Origin: a virus | Taxonomy: Duplodnaviria; Caudoviricetes | Strand: one strand, 5' to 3' | Virus record (IMG/VR): IMGVR_UViG_3300032073_000039 | Coordinates: 1-55,364 of that record | DNA: 55,364 nucleotides | Part shown: one piece after another, positions 49,002 to 55,364 of the stretch | How the letters are laid out: each line of letters begins with the position of its first letter | Numbering within the stretch: the stretch's first letter is position 1 | The notes under the pieces: generated by a model | The model's input: only the letters and a program-made list of their open reading frames with translations | Databases searched by the model: none | Told to the model about the DNA's origin: nothing | Program-made: the position numbers and the translations under genes

Positions 49002-50993
49002 ATGAATCACTATGTAATGGATTATGAAACTCTTAGTAATTGTTTTGTTGCAGTATTTGAACATTACAAAACAGAAGAAACTAAGATTTTTGTAATACAT
49101 GATTTAAAAAATGATTATGATTCCTTTATAGAATTTCTTGAGCAAAATGAACAAAATAAAGAATGGCATATATCTTATAATGGATTAGCCTTTGATGCTC
49201 AAGTTACTCACTATATTATTAAAAACCGTGATATGTTTAAAAACTTAAGCGGATGTGCTATAGCAGAAGTTATATATCAATATGCACAACAATGTATTGA
49301 TAGATCTAATAAAAATGAGTTTGCTGAGTTTCCTTTATGGGAAATGTGCATTGGTCAAATAGATTTGTTTAAAATGCATCATTGGGATAACCCAGCTAAA
49401 AGATCTAGTCTTAAGTGGATTCAATATAGTATGGATTGGAATAACATATTAGATATGCCTATTCATCATGAAACTGAAATTAAAACACAAGAACAAATAG
49501 ATACAATAATTGAATATTGCGTTAATGATGTAAAATCAACTAAAAACATATTCATTCAGTCTGAATCACAAATAAAACTACGTAAAGAACTTACGTCCAA
49601 GTATAATATTAATTTATTTAGTGCTTCAGAACCAAGAATAAGTAAAGAGTTATTTGCATATTACATGTCTAAAAAGTTAAATATATCTAAAGGAGAAATA
49701 AAAAGACTTAGGACATATAGAAACACCATAAAATTAAAAGATATACTTCTTCCTTATATAAACTTTAAATCTAAAGAGTTTAAAGGTTTAATGGAAAGAG
49801 TTAAAACAGTTGAACTAAATTCAGAAAGTTTAAAAGGTAGTTTTAAATATTCAGTAGAATATAAAAATGTTAAAACTCACTTTGGTTTAGGCGGTGTGCA
49901 TGGTGCAATTAAGTCTGGAGTTTATAAATCAGATGAAGATAATATAATAATGTCTTCAGATGTTACCAGTTTCTACCCTAATTTAGTAATTAGGAATAGA
50001 TGGGCTCCAGGACATTTTCCAGCTGAGGAGTTTTGTGATCAGTATGAATGGTTTTTTGAAGAAAGAAAGAAAATTCCTAAGAGCAACCCTATGAATTATG
50101 TATATAAAATTATACTTAATTCTACATTTGGTCTTAGTAATGATGCTAATAGTTTCTTTTATGACCCTGAATTATGTATGCGTATAACCGTTAATGGTCA
50201 ACTTAGTTTGATGATGTTATATGAAATGATTATGGAAAATATACCAAATTCTTATTCATTAATGCACAACACGGATGGTATGGAAATAATAATACCAAGA
50301 TCTGAACAAGAAAATTACTTAGCAATATGTAAAAAGTGGGAAGACATAACTAATTTAAATCTAGAACATGATAGTTATCAAAAACTTATCATTGGAGATG
50401 TAAATAATTATATTGGTGTTAATGAATTCCAAGAAGTTGATATAAGTAACTGGAGAAAGATTAAAAAAGATAATCCACATTATGTTTTTAAAGTTAATAA
50501 AGATAAATTTCTTTATGCACCTGTAAAACTTAAAGGTAGGTTTGACTTTAACAATCTAGCTCTTCACAAAAACAAATCTAAACTTATAGTACCAAAAGGT
50601 ATCTTTAACTATTTTGTGCATGATGTATTACCAGAAGTTTATTTAACGTCTAACAGAAATATTATTGATTATTGCATTGGTGGTAAATCCAAAGGTAATT
50701 GGCAGCAAGTTGCTAAGTCAATTAAAAATGGTGAATATCAACAAGTTAACTTACAGAAAATAAATAGATATTATATATCTAATTCTGGAGTTAAAATTGT
50801 AAAAATTAATAAAAAAGATGGTAGAGAAATACAATTAGAATCTGGCAAGTGGTTACAAACACTTTATAATAAATTAAGAGTTGAACGTAAATGGGATAAT
50901 TATGATGTGAATACTAGGTATTACTTAAGTGCAATAGAATCAGAAATTGATAAGATCTTATCATGTTCAATGAATCAATTAGAATTATTTTAA
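49002..50993 (+). CDS. DNA polymerase family B
   Basis: Exo motifs DYET, YNGLAFD, YCVND; polymerase motifs SDVTSFYPN, KIILNSTFG, NTDG; start revised to ATG at 49002. Confidence 0.9.
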   Translation: MNHYVMDYETLSNCFVAVFEHYKTEETKIFVIHDLKNDYDSFIEFLEQNEQNKEWHISYNGLAFDAQVTHYIIKNRDMFKNLSGCAIAEVIYQYAQQCIDRSNKNEFAEFPLWEMCIGQIDLFKMHHWDNPAKRSSLKWIQYSMDWNNILDMPIHHETEIKTQEQIDTIIEYCVNDVKSTKNIFIQSESQIKLRKELTSKYNINLFSASEPRISKELFAYYMSKKLNISKGEIKRLRTYRNTIKLKDILLPYINFKSKEFKGLMERVKTVELNSESLKGSFKYSVEYKNVKTHFGLGGVHGAIKSGVYKSDEDNIIMSSDVTSFYPNLVIRNRWAPGHFPAEEFCDQYEWFFEERKKIPKSNPMNYVYKIILNSTFGLSNDANSFFYDPELCMRITVNGQLSLMMLYEMIMENIPNSYSLMHNTDGMEIIIPRSEQENYLAICKKWEDITNLNLEHDSYQKLIIGDVNNYIGVNEFQEVDISNWRKIKKDNPHYVFKVNKDKFLYAPVKLKGRFDFNNLALHKNKSKLIVPKGIFNYFVHDVLPEVYLTSNRNIIDYCIGGKSKGNWQQVAKSIKNGEYQQVNLQKINRYYISNSGVKIVKINKKDGREIQLESGKWLQTLYNKLRVERKWDNYDVNTRYYLSAIESEIDKILSCSMNQLELF

Positions 50994-51824
50994 ATGATTA
51001 AGCAGAAAACCAAAACTCTTAAAACAAAAGACAATAACAATAGTGCCAATTGCATTGCCCCTAACTTAATTTATGGCTGTTATGGAAAATGCGTTGACAC
51101 TTATTGTTATATGGCAAGATATAATGGTAAACGTGTATATGTAAATACTAATGTAGATGATATATTTAACTCTGTATTAGATTGGGAAAAGACATTTACT
51201 AAATATCCAGATCAACAAGATCCTATATACACTATGGTAGATATAGCATGTAACACTGATTTAGTGCTTATGCAAAAGTTTTTACCAGAAAGTTTACATG
51301 ACTATTTAAAGAGATATGATGATCACCCAAGGCTTAATACAACAATGGCCACAAAGTATCCTAAACTCCTTAAATTAGATGTAACACACTTTAATAAAGA
51401 ACCTAGAGTTAGGGTTAGTTTGATGCCTCAGAAGTATTCTAAGGTTTTAGAACCCAAAATGCAGTCTATTAAATCAAGAATAGATGATGTAAATAGACTT
51501 AAAAACTTGGGCTGGGAAGTTCATCTTAATTTTAGCCCTTTGGTATTTTATAAAGGATGGCAAAAAGAATATGATTCATTATTTAAAAAAGTTAAAGAAA
51601 AAACAGGTGAAAACCTATGTGAAGTAATTGCTTTAACTAATCATGCTAATCAAATGGCTAAAACTACAGATGAAGCACGAGAATTAATGAAATATTCATA
51701 TGAAGTTAAAAACAAATCTGGTGTCATGAGATACCCTATACAACATAAATCTAGATTACTTAATGAATTTAAAGAATTATATTCTAATTATTTTAATCTA
51801 AATACAATCAGATATATATTTTAA
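50994..51824 (+). CDS. Spore photoproduct lyase-like radical SAM enzyme
   Basis: GCYGKCVDTYCY cluster motif, DIACNTD, ATKY, RVRVSL..LEP, HLNFSPL. Confidence 0.75.
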   Translation: MIKQKTKTLKTKDNNNSANCIAPNLIYGCYGKCVDTYCYMARYNGKRVYVNTNVDDIFNSVLDWEKTFTKYPDQQDPIYTMVDIACNTDLVLMQKFLPESLHDYLKRYDDHPRLNTTMATKYPKLLKLDVTHFNKEPRVRVSLMPQKYSKVLEPKMQSIKSRIDDVNRLKNLGWEVHLNFSPLVFYKGWQKEYDSLFKKVKEKTGENLCEVIALTNHANQMAKTTDEARELMKYSYEVKNKSGVMRYPIQHKSRLLNEFKELYSNYFNLNTIRYIF

Positions 51825-51825
51825 T

Positions 51826-52083
51826 ATGAAAACTCAAAGAATACTTATAACTATACTTTTAGTAATGTGCACTGCATCTATATTACACAACTTTTATCTA
51901 CAACGTAGTATTAAAAAAACAGAAATAGAAAAATCAGAAATTATAGATCAGTTTTTTGATTTAAAACGTGAGTATGAAACAATGTTTGATGACTATATGT
52001 TATTAGAAGAAGCGCATTTTATAATGTCTGAAGAACATGATATACTTGCATCATGTTGTTCTAACTCAGGTTTGCAAGAATAA
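51826..52083 (+). CDS. Membrane-anchored coiled-coil protein
   Basis: N-terminal hydrophobic helix plus heptads. Confidence 0.55.
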   Translation: MKTQRILITILLVMCTASILHNFYLQRSIKKTEIEKSEIIDQFFDLKREYETMFDDYMLLEEAHFIMSEEHDILASCCSNSGLQE

Positions 52084-52121
52084 AAAATAATTATTATATT
52101 TACACTTAAAAAGTTTAAACA

Positions 52122-52958
52122 ATGAGAGTTGATAGATCATCATCAAATAAAGAGTACTTAATAAATGCCCCATTACCAGACCATGGGGAATCATATACTG
52201 TAATATCACATGAAGATGTGATAAATACAACACAAAATCTAATAAAAAAATCTAACTTCAGAATCATAAGTGAAAACTATAGATGTAATACAAATGCTCA
52301 AGCAGCATCTGGTATATACTTTATAGAGCATGTTACAGAAGATCCGGATCTAAGAGATACTGATCTTGGTTTAATGTTTGCATGGACTAATTCATATGAT
52401 AAAAGTATTAGATTTCAATGTTCATTGGGAGCATATGTATTTGCATGTCATAATGGTATGATATGTGGAGAATTAAACTATGCCAGAAAACATACTGGTA
52501 ATGCTAATAATGAGTATAGCACTCAGATACACAGTCAATTAAATAATGCTAAAAGAGTATTTAAAAAAGTCATAGATGATAAAGATGCTTTAAAAAACAT
52601 GAAGTTATCACATGAAAAACAAGCAGAAATAGCTGCTAAAATGTTTTTCACTGAGAATTTATTATCTCCTCATCAAATATCTTGTGTAAGAGATGAAATG
52701 AATAAACCATCTTATGACTATAAATCTGATCAAGAAACAGCATGGTCATTTTACAATCACGTAACTCATGCTTATAAAACTATTCACCCAAGAGATTGGA
52801 TGAAGAATAGTAAAAAGTTTCATGATTTTATTATGACTGAAATTAATAACATTAACGGAGTCACTAATGTAGATGCTCAATTTTTTCACAATATACATAA
52901 AGCACAGCTTGCTGAAGATATATTTGAGATTGAGGATTCATATATAAACTTCATATAA
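52122..52958 (+). CDS. DUF932/DUF945-like phage protein
   Basis: YTVISH, NSYDKS, VFACHNGM, RKHTG, AWSFYNHVT. Confidence 0.7.
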   Translation: MRVDRSSSNKEYLINAPLPDHGESYTVISHEDVINTTQNLIKKSNFRIISENYRCNTNAQAASGIYFIEHVTEDPDLRDTDLGLMFAWTNSYDKSIRFQCSLGAYVFACHNGMICGELNYARKHTGNANNEYSTQIHSQLNNAKRVFKKVIDDKDALKNMKLSHEKQAEIAAKMFFTENLLSPHQISCVRDEMNKPSYDYKSDQETAWSFYNHVTHAYKTIHPRDWMKNSKKFHDFIMTEINNINGVTNVDAQFFHNIHKAQLAEDIFEIEDSYINFI

Positions 52959-53054
52959 ATGCTTACAACCCTTCTTGGCATACTAATTTGTATATTAGTT
53001 TTATATTATTGTAGATATAACGCTGAGGAGGATTATAAGAAAAAAAACTACTGA
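52959..53054 (+). CDS. 31-aa TM micro-protein
   Basis: MLTTLLGILICILVLYYC...; starts immediately after the upstream stop. Confidence 0.4.
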   Translation: MLTTLLGILICILVLYYCRYNAEEDYKKKNY

Positions 53055-53105
53055 GTTCATTGCAACAAACCAACACCATCAGTTTAGTAGTTCTGATGGT
53101 TTTTT
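53041..53105. terminator. Bidirectional terminator between convergent blocks
   Basis: accatcag/ctgatggt plus T-run (+ strand); aactact/agtagtt with upstream A-run (- strand). Confidence 0.65.
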
Positions 53106-53325
53106 ATTCAGGCCATTCTGCAAAAACAAACGGAACTTTTTCTTTGTATTCACTGTAAAAAACAGGATAAGCATCCCTTATTTCAGATAATGTATCTAAA
53201 ATACCACCTTCTTCTGCTTCAAAATCTTCTGTGTAAGAATCTAACTGATCATCATAAGGAGATATAAGTTCTATAGAACTATTTGTAAACTCATCCTCAC
53301 CATTAAAATATACATATAATTTCAT
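53104..53325 (-). CDS. Acidic hypothetical protein
   Basis: ORF downstream of the BspA-like gene. Confidence 0.55.
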   Translation of the reverse strand: MKLYVYFNGEDEFTNSSIELISPYDDQLDSYTEDFEAEEGGILDTLSEIRDAYPVFYSEYKEKVPFVFAEWPE

Positions 53326-53335
53326 AATTTAAATT

Positions 53336-55363
53336 TTAAGTACAAGGAGGTAAACCTACTGACCAACCTAGTTGACTAGTAAAGAAATCAAGTGCATCTT
53401 GTACATTAGTTATATCTGCAGGTACAGTGTAAGGTCCTCCAGGATTAACTGCAGCAGGTAAACAGCTTGGACTATTATACCCAGCATTAGTTTCAACCCA
53501 TCCAGTTTGTCCACCTAGTGGTTGAAAGTTTACTGCTAACATTTCTTTAGCCCAACCAATTAATGTATCATCTATTTGTTGAGTAGTCCAATATGCAGCA
53601 ATATTTGAACCCATTACACCACCCGGCTGTGGACAAGGGGGTATCCATCCTCCAATATCATGTGTGAAAACAGCTGGTTGAGCATTAGTAGTATTAAACA
53701 TACCACCAAGAGTAAAATCTTTATCAAATCTTCTTAAATCTCCCCAACTATTAACAGATTGATTAAAAGAATAACATCTATTAAACATAGCTGTAAAACC
53801 TCCTTTAGGAGCTACTGTATTAGCAGTAGTCATAAAAGTACCTGTAAAAGTTAAAGGATTTCCACTTGCACCAGGTATTTCTCCATTATTAAAGACTTCA
53901 TTATAATAGAAAAATTCTTCAAATGTATTGAATTTGCTTATATTCCAATTATTTAAGTCTCTATTAAACGCCCTACAAAATAGGAACATACCATAAGGAT
54001 ATATGTAATCAACATTAGCATTTGTAGGCCAACTCCACGTTTCTATTCCATTAGGTATTGTACTATTATTATAACCATAAGCAAACATATAGTCAGCTTT
54101 AAGTTCTAATCCTTGTGCTGGTGTTGAACCAGGTGCAAATGGTTGAAGAGCATCTATTGATGTTTTCCAAGTAGATAAATTTACCATTACAGCACCTGCA
54201 GTTGGTAATTGACCATTAGCAAACATATTACTCATCCTACTAACATAATTAAAAGTCCAATTATCTAACGGTGGAATATTCTTTGTACCTTGAAACATAG
54301 AAGTCCACAAAACAGATTGATTGGTTCCTGCTGGTAAATTTGAACCCCATGTTTTATTAGTAAGTGTAGTTGAGTAATTAGGAGCACTAGGATCCCATTT
54401 ACTATAAGCAAACATATACTGTGCATCAGTTGCTGTATTAAAATCCCACGTACTAAGATCTAAATCCATACCATTAGTAGAATTTACACCACAAAAATAA
54501 AACATAAAAGTTAAATAAACCTGTGTACTATTACTTAAAGGCTCTAATTGATTAATTTTTGATCCCCAGCCAGATATATTATAACCTGATTCACCAAAAT
54601 ATATAATGTTATTATTGTTTGAAAAGAAACTTGTAAGATTAAGCTTATTACTTGCTGTATTATTTATATCAAAATATTTTATTCCAACACCAGTAAAATT
54701 ACCTTGAATCTGCTGCATAAAACTCGTAAAGTTAATATCTGCATTTGAATTAGTATTAAAAGTCCAACCACTCATATCAGCTTTAATAGTAAAAAAACCT
54801 ACTTGACCAATTCTTGAAGAAGCAAACATTTGATGAAAATCCACACAATTATCCCAACTTATATTTGTCCAAATCAGAGGATAACCATAACCTGCCCAAC
54901 TATTATAAAACGCTCTACTAGCATCTTGAATATTTGTTAGATCCCAATCACTAATTTCTTGCAATGGACCTGCAGTAAGATAATTAGGTTGACTGGGTTG
55001 ATAGTAATTAGTATATGCACGTTTATTGTTTTGAAAAATTTTATGCATACTAACACATTGTGAAAAATCTGGTGTATCATCTGCTGCACAAACAGGAGCA
55101 TATTCATTAAATTGAAAGGTATCACCTGCGTACATACCTATAGTTTGTAACCATTGAGTAGGGCCCCAATGTGTAACTATTGCTGAAGCCGCAACAATAA
55201 CATTACCATTATTATATTCATTATCTGCATCTTCACTATATGCAAATCTAAAGTTATTAAAAGTTGTTCCTGATATTGGAACTATAGAAACATACATTGG
55301 ACTATTATCCCAATTATCATTTCTATTTACAAATAGTTTATGTCTACCTTGTTGAAATGGACC
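53336..55363 (-). CDS. BspA/DUF285-like repeat protein (5'-truncated; frame is open to the window end)
   Basis: Repeats such as FNRDLNNWNIS, MFNRCYSFNQSVNSW, DLSTWD...MF; no stop upstream of the track start at 55297. Confidence 0.7.
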   Translation of the reverse strand, partial: GPFQQGRHKLFVNRNDNWDNSPMYVSIVPISGTTFNNFRFAYSEDADNEYNNGNVIVAASAIVTHWGPTQWLQTIGMYAGDTFQFNEYAPVCAADDTPDFSQCVSMHKIFQNNKRAYTNYYQPSQPNYLTAGPLQEISDWDLTNIQDASRAFYNSWAGYGYPLIWTNISWDNCVDFHQMFASSRIGQVGFFTIKADMSGWTFNTNSNADINFTSFMQQIQGNFTGVGIKYFDINNTASNKLNLTSFFSNNNNIIYFGESGYNISGWGSKINQLEPLSNSTQVYLTFMFYFCGVNSTNGMDLDLSTWDFNTATDAQYMFAYSKWDPSAPNYSTTLTNKTWGSNLPAGTNQSVLWTSMFQGTKNIPPLDNWTFNYVSRMSNMFANGQLPTAGAVMVNLSTWKTSIDALQPFAPGSTPAQGLELKADYMFAYGYNNSTIPNGIETWSWPTNANVDYIYPYGMFLFCRAFNRDLNNWNISKFNTFEEFFYYNEVFNNGEIPGASGNPLTFTGTFMTTANTVAPKGGFTAMFNRCYSFNQSVNSWGDLRRFDKDFTLGGMFNTTNAQPAVFTHDIGGWIPPCPQPGGVMGSNIAAYWTTQQIDDTLIGWAKEMLAVNFQPLGGQTGWVETNAGYNSPSCLPAAVNPGGPYTVPADITNVQDALDFFTSQLGWSVGLPPCT

Positions 55364-55364
55364 T

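Noticed and set aside
27468-55125. Shadow ORFs at 27468, 31408, 33954, 37955, 39347, 41104, 43095, 43384, 44545, 45836, 46644, 48281 and 54937
   Set aside because: They overlap confident genes and carry no recognisable motifs
1-55364. Stop-codon reassignment as in some crAss-like phages
   Set aside because: Long hallmark genes are intact under the standard code, and TAA, TAG and TGA all serve as gene ends
1-55364. CRISPR arrays, tRNAs, reverse transcriptase/DGR, introns or inteins
   Set aside because: None recognised by eye; terL, polB, dnaB and MCP are uninterrupted and of plausible length (tRNAscan-SE not run)

Overview
AT-rich segment of a crAss-like (Crassvirales-type) phage genome, probably infecting Bacteroidota/Flavobacteriia, in the standard genetic code. 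Bases 1-26.9 kb form a minus-strand virion/packaging/lysis block: IHF/HU-like proteins, Mre11-like phosphoesterase, Cys-rich fibre proteins, ring and auxiliary capsid candidates, major capsid protein (MCP), scaffold, portal, large terminase, GroES, a DOT1-like methyltransferase and an endolysin. Bases 27.0-53.0 kb form a plus-strand early/replication block: SF2 helicase, UDG, DnaA-C-like HTH, DnaB, Sak4-like ATPase, SSB, primase, RusA-like resolvase, a vWA/MoxR module, PD-(D/E)XK nuclease, PolB and an SplB-like radical SAM enzyme. A 5'-truncated BspA/DUF285-like gene ends the window. The most striking observation is an intergenic structured RNA at 46823-46887 whose unpaired bulge is exactly antisense to the MCP start codon and leader 33 kb away, a candidate trans-acting late-gene silencer. 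Other highlights are the phage DOT1-like methyltransferase alongside histone-like proteins, a Cys-rich virion domain apparently split across two genes with coiled coils at the break, and a duplicated GC-rich palindrome inside two genes of the MoxR module. All family calls come from motif recognition by eye; no searches were run.
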